A stretch of DNA of 64,000 bases. It comes from Lingula anatina. Lineage: Eukaryota; Animalia; Brachiopoda. This document shows positions 14,101 to 27,315 of this stretch, piece by piece. Position 1 is the stretch's first letter. The number at the start of each line of letters is the position of its first letter. The position numbers and the translations under genes are program-made. The DNA lies in NCBI GenBank assembly GCA_051362555.1, contig CM120642.1, forward strand, positions 18,228,001-18,292,000, given 5' to 3'. The notes beneath the pieces are model-generated. The model saw nothing but the letters and a program-made list of their open reading frames with translations, searched no databases and had not been told where the DNA came from.

Positions 14101-17100
14101 TCGCTGTTAATGGGTAATATGGGTGTGGCACAAGGACTGGGCAATGGTGGGCAGAAACCCCCGGGGACTTTCACCCCCATCCACAGTACCCCAGGGGGGA
14201 GTCAGAGAGGCACCCCGGTGCCAGAAACCACTGGTCACAGTGGTGGACAGGGTGCTGTCCAGTCCATGGTATCCTGGGTGATGAATCATGCCAGGAGTAG
14301 CCCTGGTCATCAGGTGACCACTCACAACACCGGTGGTCATCAGGCAAGTCCTTTATGTACTCCACAAGGACCTGGTCACAGTAATGCCCACCCATATGTG
14401 AATGCACCTAGCTTAGAACAACACACCAACCATTTGTACTGTGATAGCTCCCCTGTCAAGTGTTCTGCTAACAAGACTGTAGAGGGCACTCCCAGCCAAT
14501 ACAGAACTAACAGTAGCACCCCTGTCCAGTGCAGTGGTAGCAGTAGTATAGATGGCACCTCTCTCCAGTACAGTCCTAGCAGCACTGTAGGTGGCACTTC
14601 TGTGCCATTTAGTTCACTCGATCAGGTGCAGTAAACTTTAAGAGTGATAATATGCTGTGTTTTTTTACTTGCCTAGATTTATTTCTTGTTTTTCTTGTAT
14701 TTTATGTTTGTTGGTATTGATTGCATGATTTTCACCACAAACTGTCACTCATGGTAAGCAGCATTTGTGGCATTTCTATATCTAAGCACTTTGCTGTGGC
14801 ATAGTAACAGTTTCCATGGAGACAAAAATGGGGATGATAACAAGTACCATGGAGATATTGCATTGCACAATACAGTTACCATGGAGACAAGGAAATGCTA
14901 AGCACCATGGATACATTGTACACGTGTCCAATGAATATCCGATCTCATAGACGGCCAAGTGCAGCTATGGCCACTGCTCAAAGTATGGCATGGTTACTAT
15001 AGACACAGGTTTATTATAATATTTGTCTTCTTCATCTCCTTCAACATCTTCACTGAACTGACTCTACCTCATCCCTGTGTTTGAGCTAAAATGTGTATTA
15101 TGAGTGTATCACAAATTCATTAGAGCATGGCTTTTGTTTGGATGGTTAAATCTTCGTGGTGTCTTTCCATAGTTTGATGTGGCATTGTGATAGAGTGCAT
15201 TTTTGTAGATTGGTTAAAGTTTGTGCTGTATTTTATTTAATGGTTGATGTTGCTCATGGTCTTGTGTTTGTGATTCTTCATGGTTGGATCATAATCTAAG
15301 TTGTCTGTATACTTGTGATGCTGGAAGTCATAGTCTGTGAGTACCTTTGTTTGTTTTTAGTGCCAAAAACATTATTCTGTTGCAGAAGACTATGGAAATA
15401 AATTTTCAGTTTCAGTTATGTGATTGATTGCTGGGCATGGTATATGTATGCTTGATATTGTGAAGATGCTTTCATTGTTTTGACTTTGATTTTTGGACCA
15501 GGTGCATTTTCAGCTCTTTAAACTGGAATGATTTCAGCTTCAGTAAATTTTCCAGGGTCTTTGTGATTATTCTTTTTCCCCAGCTGTGCAGCAGCTATTT
15601 TGTGCCAAATTATTCTATTTATTTTAAAAGGCATGAGATTTATACTGCATGGTTTGCATGCATGAGGGCACTGTCACTGAACACACAGTTTCAATCCACT
15701 TTTTATAGGCAGCAGATCAAGTTGTAGAAAATGCCGCACAAGCCACACGGACACGCACAGTAAGCGGCAGCAGCACGGGTTCCGTGATATTCAGACCCCA
15801 TAATAATGTCAACAACCTTGGGAACGCGACGTCGCAACGAGTGCGTACCACGAGCACCAATAGTAATGCCAGCACTATCCGCAGATCTAGTTTTCAGGTC
15901 TGAATTGATTAATGAATAATTGTTGCCCAAATTGCAGCCCTGCACCTTGTGACCCGCACTTGATTTTTTCGAACTTTTTTCTCAATCTTTGAACACAGTG
16001 TGCTTCAAATCTACTAGCATGAATCTGTAAAAAATTAATCAGCTGTTACGCAGGAACTTTGTAAATTTCTTCAATCAGCAGCAAAAATTAGTATTTGCTG
16101 TCCAATATTTCAATGTCTGTTTTGTAATCTTTTCTAGGTAATGAGGTTTAGATCTAAATGTTCAATTGATGCTGCTGATTGAAGAAATTATAGATTGATT
16201 ATGCTTCTGATTTATATACATTTTTTTAAATAGAAAATTGACCCAATGTATCGGGTCTTAAGACTGAAATCCATGCCTGCTTGAAGTAATCCTGGTTATG
16301 CCCTGATTTCATGAAGATGAGCTTGATTTGAGGTCACTGTGTGTTGATGTATTACAGCATGATAAATCTGTCATATAGCCTCTTTCTGACATGTAATGGA
16401 AATCATCTGAGAAAACCTTGAAACGAGGTTGTCAGCACTACATGATATGGGACTAGAAAATGTACGACGGTCAGAATGAGGTGGGATCAACTTTAGGCTA
16501 ATATTTTTGACTCTGCTCTCCTCCACAAGTCTGACAAAATCGCACTTGATTTAGTGCAAAGTCATAAGGCTTTGGTCTATCTCAGATGATTCCCATTGCT
16601 AATGATTATGCCTGCAACTTACATTTAACATGCTGTAGTAAGTAATCTCTCTGCATGCAATCTGTGTCTCAAACTATATAGCACACTGAGAGATTGAATG
16701 TTCTGATTCAACCAGTAGTGCACTATCACATAAGGAAGAATAAATAAATCTTGTGAGTGATAAAGCTTTGATCCAACATTGCAATGAGCACCACCTATAT
16801 TTCACAGAGAAATGAGGGTCAGTGACCTGAAAGACTGGTCATCTGGCAGGTCAGACAATTGGGTATCTGCTGAAGAGCCCCAGTTCAAGATGTGGGAGAG
16901 AGAAAAAATATCTGCCCTTCTTTACAGTTCAGTGACGGGTTTTTTACCACTAGACCATCTCCTCTTTAACTCTCAGTGTTGGATCAATGCTTTACAACTT
17001 TGTATGCATATTCATAACACTTTGCCTTTTTAATTGAGATTAATGTTTATTAATCTTTCGTGTGTAATGTAATGTAATGTAATAGATGTTTTCCCCTTGA

Positions 17101-19598
17101 TCTTGGGACAGGTTTCTCGAGATCTGTTAGAACTAGAAATTTCTACTTCCCTTGTAAGTAACCGCTATAGCTTTTAATAACAGCTCAATCTTTATTTCAG
17201 CTCGAGTCTAGATAAAACTCCTTAATAACCAGGAGAAAGTTTGTTGCATGATTGCCTGTTCTAATATTTATAAATGCATTTTGGGGCTGTTTTCTCATTC
17301 TTACTAGTGAATTAAGATAATTAAATTGGAAAGAGCTTAGTTAAATGTATGCTGTGTTTTTTAGCAAAGTAGTTTATTGCGAAACTAAACTTACTAATAA
17401 CAAGGAAATGTGTATAACAGTATTCAACATGATACACCCTAATATTGCCATGTAATTATGTAACATATATCACGTCACTAATGTTTTCAAGTAAATCACA
17501 AATAATTATGTATATCATACCATAATAATTATGCTTTATATTTCACATTTTGGTCTCATTTTCAGCAGAGAAATCTCCACTTTCAAAAATCCTAGGGACA
17601 AAATTGTATTTTAGAAAGTTATAGTAAATGCTTTTCTCCTTAAAGCAGCAGCCAGTTCGGCAAGAGTCAGCTGAAGAAAAGCCAGCAGCACCACCTCCAA
17701 CGAAGGAAGAAAAGAAGAAAGATTCTGGAGCCAAAAAGGTACCATAATAACTAAACGTTTCAAGTGTCCATTTTTTTCTACATATTTTACTTTTTCATAA
17801 TTAATCATTTTTAGATGCAAAAAAAAAAAAAAAATGTACTTCCTGACTTTAAATCTTTTTTTTTTTTTTCATATTACCATCTAAAAATTTTATGGTTAAA
17901 AGTTTTTACTGATAATTGCACAGTCAGTAACTTCTTTGCAGGGTTGTTTCTGCAGAGTTGTATATTTTTGTATTTGTAAATTTTTTTTATTGCAGGGGGG
18001 CTGGTTAAGTGGAATTTTCAGATGGCCTAAGGGAAAAAATGAGATGAAATTGCCAGATGACAGTAACCCTTCTGTAAGTATTTTGTTTTATTCTATGTAT
18101 TCATCCTGCTTTCTTCTTTTCCACCACTCTACCTTGTCTTGGTTACTTAGAGTTAAGAGTAGAATAGTGCATTTTCATTAGTGTGGCAACTAAATTTTAC
18201 TGAAATTTAAATCTTTCTTTTAATTTTTTACTTTGAAAAGTGTGTGTTTACATCCCATTGATGTGATTAAATCAGCTGGTGGTACATATCTAGGAGGCAG
18301 CTGAGGCTCTTTGCTCCTTAAGTTGTGTTTATATTGTGTTGTAATGGTGATGGGCAACGTGTTTATTATATTTCAGATTGTGTGGGACCCAGTCAAAAAC
18401 CGCTGGGTGAACACGGATGGAGAAGAGGAGGAGACGACTGCGGCACCGCCGCCAAAGGATACTGACCTTATGGGTAAGTGGAGATTGGTTTGCATTTCTT
18501 ATCTGTTATACAGGCTTTACAATAGATCCTTTCTTTTGATTATAGGGCTGTGATGGTTTGACAAAAATGCCAGAGTTGTAGTACATTTATTAAGCCATTG
18601 ACCTTTTGCAAGATGTCAGATTATGAAAAAATAATGGAACAATTCATTTTCTTGCCAGGCAACTATGATTATAAAAAAAGGCTCAGATAAGTGACATATG
18701 AAGTAAAAAAAATATTATTATAACTTGTAATGTTGTTGAAAAAATTCCTGACATATTCTGCATTCTAGGTGGTGCCAAGCCTGCTCCAGCTATGGCTCCA
18801 CCAGGGGGCAGCACAGGTGCAGGTACAGACATGACAGCCCCACCCCCACCTGCTGGGAACAAGTTCTCACGGCCAAAAGCTAGAGGTAAGAGAATACAGA
18901 CTAGAAAATTGAGAATATGTCTGAGGATCTAGATGCACAATGGTATTGAAAACAGAGGTCTCTTTGGTTTCCTTAATTAACTTAAAATACACTGAAATCT
19001 TGTTAAATAAATTGATTTTTGTATTTCAAAGTATAATTGAAACTAATGGTGTTGACTAATTTTTTTGAGAGCTTTTAGCAATTAACCACTACCTTTGAAA
19101 AGTTGTTTTATTTTTTCTCATAAGTACATAGTTATGAGTGTCTGAAAATTAGAAATCTTGAAAAGGTAAAATATTAGAAAAAGAACGGTGTTTGAAATTT
19201 AGAAATTATTAACTTTTAACGATTTTACTGTGTGTGTTGTCTCTCCCTAGGTGCCAGGAACCAGTATGTTGATGTAATGAATCCGACCAGTGCCTCTGCT
19301 GCTGGCCCCCCTCCAAACCTACTGCCCATGATGCCAGCACCATCTGCCCTGCCTGCCAACCTCTTTATACCTCCTCCAGGTCTGTGATGTGCCAGCAACA
19401 CACACACACACATACACACACATGCAGGCACACACACACGCACGCACCTTGCATGCACACATATACACACACACACACATACGCACCTGGCATGCACATA
19501 CACACACACACATGCATGCACCTGGCATACACACACAAACACAAACACACACACACACACACACACCTGGCATGTGCACACACACACATACCTGGCAT

Positions 19599-19633
<35 letters not shown>

Positions 19634-20279
19634 ATCAAGTATGGTCTTTGCAACTATTCAACCTTTATTGTTTTAAATTTTCTCTATAGAAGGACCCTCA
19701 GTATTGATTTTAATAATCATTCAATATTTTTGAAATCAATTATTCCACAGCCTATGCCATTTTTCCATGGAGTTCTAAATTTATAAAATGTTGTCTTCAG
19801 CTCCAGAAGGCAGTGATGCACAGGCTGAAGGTGTTGATCAACAACAGCAAAACACTGATCAACAGCAGCATCAACAACAGGACCAACAACAACAACAACA
19901 GTTTCAGGATCCATACCAACAACAACAGCAGCAGCAACAGCCACCTCAGTCGCAAGTAAGAATGTATCCTGGATTCCTTTCAAATTTGAACAGCCAACCC
20001 AACCAGTCTGTGGGACATTGTAAATTCATCCCCACCCCACCCTACCCCTTAGCTATTTTCATTTATTATGACTCTTGACATTTCTAATTTCATTAAACTA
20101 AACACAGTGAAATACCCGTATTACCTCAGTGAAATACTGTTGAATCAAAGTATTTTTTTTTACATTACAGTTTTACAACCCTGGTCAGTTTGCCCAGCAG
20201 CAAATACAGGATCAGGACCAGGTAGGTTTTGTTTTCTGTGACACATAAATGGTATAGAGTGTGTGTGTGTGTGTGTGTG

Positions 20280-20312
<33 letters not shown>

Positions 20313-23300
20313 GTGTGTTTGCATGTGTATGTGTGAGGGAGAGAGAGAGAGAGGGAGAGAGAGATACAGGGTCAGGGCCAGGTTTATGTTGTGTTCTATG
20401 TCAGATAGTATGGAGTGAGATGCTTCTGCACAGACAGAGCAGCCTTTGCTATTAGGAATTAGTCTGAGGAGACACTGGGCTAGTGAAAATTGACATTTTA
20501 TATGCCACTAGCCCATTTTAAGACCTTGATTTGCCTGAAGGGCTAGTAGCCCAAAACTTTTGTGGCACAGACTGATACGGGTATCATGATAGCAGTGTGT
20601 GAGCATGTGTTATCATTTCATGTACTGGAATGTATGCATAGAGCACGTACAAGCACGCACACCCAGAAGCGTGCATACACGTGAAGTCTAATGCACAGCA
20701 TTGAGTATGAAACAACTTTGTAATTCCCAAATCTCAGATTTTATTTTGATCCAGTTTTACCCGTGTATTATTATGCCATGATTTTCAATAATATTACATG
20801 TTCCCCTAGAGCTACATGTTGCATGGCTGTGGCATGTTTTATTCTTTTAATTATATATTATTGTAGTTGAAAGCCTGTGTAATGCACCTATATAACACAA
20901 ACAGTGCTAGGGCATTGTAATTTGTTAACAACATTAAGTTGTATTTGGGGCTGGTTCCACAAATTTTAAAGGATTTTAGACTGAAAGTAAGTCCTAACTT
21001 TTAGATTTCAATTTTTCTTCAGTCCAGGTGTAAATATGCAGTAGTCAGCTAAAATAAAGTGACTAGAGTCTAAAGCAGTTATAGCTTTTTCTTTCCCTTT
21101 TTTATTTTGATAAAACAGTGTTATCCTGGACTAAGAGACTAAATAACAAGTCAATAGTAAGAATGAAAAAAAGCCAATTATAAGTTTAAGTGAACCACCA
21201 CTGATTTGATTGAAAGTGGAAGATTAGGGTCTGAAATTTTAGACAAGCTTTTAGTCAAAAGATCTTTTGTGAAATATGCCCCAGCATTGTACTATGATCT
21301 CTGATTATTTGGTGACAAAACTTTTTTATCACAAATATTAAGAACAAGATAGTAAGTTTAATATTTTAGTTACACTTATTAAAACCAACCAAGACCAGAA
21401 AATAAATAAATAAATAATAATTAGAAGTAATTAACTAATTTAGGTCTGACTTCAATATCATTACACATAGTAACTTTGCTAAAGTTATGGATGATCACAA
21501 CACTACTTGGTTCCTAGTGCTTTAAAACCCCTCATCTTTAGTTTTAGAAACTTCAGCTTTACACACTGTATTCTTTATGTTTAAGTGATGTCTTGCAGCA
21601 AATTTTAATGCTTGATTATTTTTTCGTAAAGTGAATTTAAAAGAAGCATTCTCTGTCAGTATTGATGCCAGTATCTCCCCCCCCCCCTGAATTTTATAAC
21701 AAGAAAATATGGTGGGTTTAGAGGGGAGGGGGGGTGCAATAAAAGGCATTTTGCTTTAATGAGTACATAAAAATTGCTTTATGGGTCTGTCATAGTTTCC
21801 ATTTTGGGTAGGAGGCTGAATTTGCCATTTTGCACATAAATGGATTGGGAGTCACCTAACTTAGATTGTAGCTCTTTCTAGCGTGATGCTTGCTTTTATT
21901 ATTATTTATTTATTATTGTACCACCAGCGTTAGCGCTGGCGGTACACATGGTTTCGGTCCCGTCCGGATCGTTCCGCCGGCTCCGTTGGCTCCGCCGGCT
22001 CCGCCGGACGGCTACTGTTACCGCTTCTCCTCCTAGACCGTAAGGGCCCCCGTACCCATCTCATGGATTTAGGTCACCTATAATCTCAACTCGTTCCACG
22101 TAAAATTTGGGCTTTGTCGGTATTGGGGTCTGGGTGTGGCACTCATTGCAATGCACCCTTGTCTAAAAATGGCAAAATTAAATGCTAATTATCTACCCTA
22201 CGGAAGGAGTTATGGGAAAAATTTCTATAGACGGCTTTCCAAAAGTCATATGTGTAGATTTCAAATATACCCTTGGATTTGACCTTTGACCTCTACTTCA
22301 AGGTCAAATGGGCCAAAATTTTCAAAAAAATGAAATTTTTTACGAAAAATTTTTTTTTTGCCCTGTTATTCAGACACCACACAGACTTAACCAATAATAT
22401 TATTGGAAAGTGTTACCCTTCAGGTCATCTTTCATCTCCATGAATTTGGGGTCAATCGGTGCATTTTCATGGGAGTAGCGGCCATAAGATACCGAAACTG
22501 AAAACTGTCTCTAATTCGGGAACCGTTAATGCTAGAGACCCATTCTTTTTTTGCATTTTGTAGAGCATGTAAAGCCCAACACTGGAGGTGGTCTCGGTTT
22601 TTTTTGTATTCCATACGGTTTTCGAGTTACGCTGTATCAAAAAGTACATATTGGTGGTAAAAGCAAAATGTGCAGTACGGTAATGGATAATAAATTTTGA
22701 ACTCTGGAAAAATAAAACATAAGGCTTGGCAAAGCAGACAACTTGTGTTCAAAAATGACATTATTTCATCAAATTTGAACTTCTGAAACTTCAGAGCACC
22801 TCCTATTTCAAGAATTTTGACCAAAATGACATTTTCTTTATTTTAATTAATTTTTTCTGTACGAAATATAAGGCACATTATGGTAACTCCAAAATTATAA
22901 CATCTAGTCCCTTATATCTCCAAAACTGGCTGAGATAGGTCCATAGTTACTATTGAAGTTGAATAGGAAGTCATATACTGGCAATCTTACTATGACCTTG
23001 AAATTGACCTTTGACCTACTTTTCACCATGAACTGAACTTTGCAAATTTTTCTTCCCTTTTATCTCCAAAACTGGCAGAGATAGGTCCATAGTTACTATT
23101 GAACTTGAATAGGAAGTCATATACTGGCAATCTAAATGTGACCTTAAAATTGACCTTTGACCTACTTTACACCATGAACTGAATTTTGCAAATTTTGCTT
23201 TCCTTTTATCTCCAACATGGTTTCGGTCCCGTCCGGATCGTTCCGCCGGCTCCGTTGGCTCCGCCGGCTCCGCCGGACGGCTACTGTTACCGCTTCTCCT

Positions 23301-26300
23301 CCTAGACGGTAAGGGCCCCCGTACCCATCTCATGGATTTAGGTCACCTATAATCTCAACTCGTTCCACGTAAAATTTGGGCTTTGTCGGTATTGGGGTCT
23401 GGGTGTGGCACTCATTGCAATGCACCCTTGTCTAAAAATGGCAAAATTAAATGCTAATTATCTACCCTACGGAAGGAGTTATGGGAAAAATTTCTATAGA
23501 CGGCTTTCCAAAAGTCATATGTGTAGATTTCAAATATACCCTTGGATTTGACCTTTGACCTCTACTTCAAGGTCAAATGGGCCAAAATTTTCAAAAAAAT
23601 GAAATTTTTTACGAAAAATTTTTTTTTTGCCCTGTTATTCAGACACCACACAGACTTAACCAATAATATTATTGGAAAGTGTTACCCTTCAGGTCATCTT
23701 TCATCTCCATGAATTTGGGGTCAATCGGTGCATTTTCATGGGAGTAGCGGCCATAAGATACCGAAACTGAAAACTGTCTCTAATTCGGGAACCGTTAATG
23801 CTAGAGACCCATTCTTTTTTGCATTTTGTAGAGCATGTAAAGCCCAACACTGGAAGTGGTCTCGGTTTTTTTGTATTCCATACGGTTTTCGAGTTACGCT
23901 GTATCAAAAAGTACATATTGGTGGTAAAAGCAAAATGTGCAGTACGGTAATGGATAATAAATTTTGAACTCTGGAAAAATAAAACATAAGGCTTGGCAAA
24001 GCAGACAACTTGTGTTCAAAAATGACATTATTTCATCAAATTTGAACTTCTGAAACTTCAGAGCACCTCCTATTTCAAGAATTTTGACCAAAATGACATT
24101 TTCTTTATTTTAATTAATTTTCTCTGTACGAAATTTAAGGTACATTATGGTAACTCCAAAATTATAACATCTAGTCCCTTATATCTCCAAAACTGGCTGA
24201 GATAGGTCCATAGTTACTATTGAAGTTGAATAGGAAGTCATATACTGGCAATCTTACTATGACCTTGAAATTGACCTTTGACCTACTTTTCACCATGAAC
24301 TGAACTTTGCAAATTTTTCTTCCCTTTTATCTCCAAAACTGGCAGAGATAGGTCCATAGTTACTATTGAACTTGAATAGGAAGTCATATACTGGCAATCT
24401 AAATGTGACCTTAAAATTGACCTTTGACCTACTTTACACCATGAACTGAATTTTGCAAATTTTGCTTTCCTTTTATCTCCAAAACTGGCAGAGATAGGTC
24501 CGTAGTTACTATTGAACTTGAATAGGAAGTCATATACTGGCAATCTATATGTGACATTAAAATTGACCTTTGACCTACTTTTCACCATGAACTGAATTTT
24601 GCAAATTTTGCTTTCCTTTTATCTCCAAAACTGGCTGAGATAGGTCCGTAGTTACTATTGAACTTGAATAGGAAGTCATATACTGGCAATCTAAATGTGA
24701 CCTTAAAATTGACCTTTGACCTACTTTTCACCATGAACTGAACTTTGCAAAATTTGCTTCCCTTTTTTCTCCAAAACTGGCAGAGATAGGTCCATAGTTA
24801 CTATTGAAGTTGAATAGGAAGTCATATACTGGCAATCTAAATGTGACCTTAAAATTGACCTTTGACCTACTTTTCACCATGAACTGAACTTTGCAAATTT
24901 TTCTTCCCTTTTATCTCCAAAACTGGCAGAGATAGGTCCATAGTTACTATTGAAGTTGAATAGGAAGTCATATACTGGCAATCTAAATGTGACCTTAAAA
25001 TTGACCTTTGACCTACTTTACACCATGAACTGAATTTTGCAAATTTTGCTTTCCTTTTATCTCCAAAACTGGCTGAGATAGGTCCGTAGTTACTATTGAA
25101 CTTGAATAGGAAGTCCTATACTGGCAATCTAAATGTGACCTTAAAATTGACCTTTGACCTACTTTTCACCATAAACTGAACTTTGCAAATTTTGCTTCCC
25201 TTTTATCTCCAAAACTGGCAGAGATAGGTCCATAGTTACTATTGAACTTGAATAGGAAGTCATATACTGGCAATCTAAATGTGACCTTGAAATTGACCTT
25301 TGACCTACTTTTCACCATGAACTGAACTTTGCAAACTTTTCTTCCCTTTTATCTCCAAAACTGGCTGAGATAGGTCCATAGTTACTATTGAACTTGAAAA
25401 GGAAGTCATATACTGGCAATCTAAATGTGACCTTAAAATTGACCTTTTACCTACTTTACACCATGAACTGAATTTTGCAAATTTTGCTTCCCTTTTATCT
25501 CCAAAACTGGCCGAGATAGGTCCATAGTTACTATTGAACTTGAATAGAAAGTCATATACTGGCAATCTAAATGTGACCTTGAAATTGACCTTTGACCTAC
25601 TTTTCACCATGAACTGAATTTTGCAAATTTTTCTTCCCTTTTATCTCCAAAACTGGCCGAGATAGGTCCATAGTTACTATTGAAGTTGAATAGGAAGTCC
25701 TATACTGGCAATCTAAGTGTGACCTTGAAATTGACCTTTGACCTACTTTTCACCATGAACTGAATTTTGCAAATTTCTTTCTCTTTTAACTTCAAACTTG
25801 ACAGAGATAGGTCCATAGTTACTCTTGAACTTGAATAGGAAGTCATATACTGGCAATTTACTGTGACCTTGAAATTGACCCTTGACCTACCTTACGAAGA
25901 ACTTAAATTTGATTGTACCATATATATTTTTTGCAATAGTTTAAAAATTCTTGTTGATTGCATTTTTACAGCTTGTCAAGCATAAAACTGGTGGCTGTGT
26001 CCCTTATTTTGTGTATGTGGGGGTCTATACGAATGCGTTTGCTCCAGCTGGTGGTACAATATTTGGAGGCGGTATCGCCTCTCTGATCCTCTAGTTTTAT
26101 TTATTTTTTTTATTTTTTTTATTTTATTTATTTATTTATTTATTTATTTATTTTTTTTTTTTTTTTGGGGGGGGGGGGTAATAAGAGGTTTAAGCACCAT
26201 CAAACGCCCTTATACAAACACTGGTATTAAAATGTAGTTCATGGGTTAGTGCCAATAAGCAGTCTCAGCAGTACAAAGAGTAGAGAGTTTGACATGCTGA

Positions 26301-27280
26301 AAGTGCCCTTTCTACTAGCCATGACAGGTTAAAGGACTGATAAAAAATGTGTTCAGTAGTTCCAACAATTATAACAATTTCCTTTTTGAATTTACAGTCA
26401 GTCTGGCAAAAAGTCCTTTCGTCTGGCAAATTTTTCTTAGTTGCCGAGCAAAATGGCTGGCAGTTTTGAAAAGTTTCAGCATGTCCGAAGGTGCAGTAGA
26501 GTAAGCTAGCTCCATGTAACAGTAGAACTGATCCTTGCTGTCACCCTTTCAGCTGTCGCGCTCCAGTTCCATGAGCTCTCTATCCAGAGAGGTGCAACAG
26601 TTTACTCAGGAGGTAAATAACGATAAGGACAAGATCTGTGCTACATTACATATAGTTCTATATTAATGTGTTCTTTACAAATTCTTCCTGTGGGATTTCA
26701 GTGTTGGGAGGGAAATGGGAGATCGCAGGTGACACTTAATGGCAGTGCTTTTGTGTAGTTCTACAGTATGATGTTGTTTTAGACATTAACTTGCTTCGAT
26801 AAAGTCTGTTTTTTGCGACAGTCTTTATTGAGTGTTTGCTTTTCTTAAAAAAAAGAAGCTTGTTTGAATTGGTTTGATAAATGATGCGAAAGCACTGACA
26901 AGGGGTGTCTTCAAAGTAGAGGTTTGACAACTGGTTTCATAAAAAAAGCTTGTGTGTTTACTGTCACAGCTCTTGATAAGATATTTATACTGATTCAGAG
27001 CCAAACCAATATTGACAGAAAAATTGAAAATTGATTTTTTTTTTTTTTTTTTTTTTTTTGTGAAACCAGTCTCTACTAGTTGTTAACTTACAGGCTAATA
27101 CTTCAACTTTGCATGTTATACTGCTTATAGTTTGTTATTCCTGATACTAAAAAACTATTACTTATTAACCATTCTGAGTGTTTTCAGCAAGCTGCAGGGT
27201 ACCTACCAAAATATTCAGAAAGTTAAATGGTTTTCCCCTGTTGATGTATTCTTTCGATTCTGTTTGGTTGGAAAATTATT

Positions 27281-27315
<35 letters not shown>

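Larger units (their letters stand above)
21913..26095 (+). mobile_element. Non-autonomous Helentron-type (HINE/DINE-1-like) element carrying a satellite array
   Basis: 5' subTIR tattgtaccaccagc (21914-21928) with hairpin gtaccaccagcg-ttag-cgctggcggtac, then short GC-rich ctccgccgg repeats. 3' subTIR gctggtggtacaata (26047-26061), hairpin gaggcg-gtat-cgcctc, end CTAGT. Inserted in a T-rich tract with no TSD; the empty site is visible in the duplicate at about 57381-57410. Confidence 0.85.

Noticed and set aside
16064-16189. Perfect 20-bp inverted repeat aatttcttcaatcagcagca
   Set aside because: Real but isolated, with no TSD or family evidence, so no functional or mobile-element call was made.
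19225-19786. Cys/Val- or His/Thr-rich ORFs (also 20261-20455 and 54836-55255)
   Set aside because: Translations of CA/GT microsatellites.
22432-25610. Repeated minus-strand ORFs within the Helentron-like element
   Set aside because: No Rep or helicase motifs; they arise from the internal duplication and the satellite.
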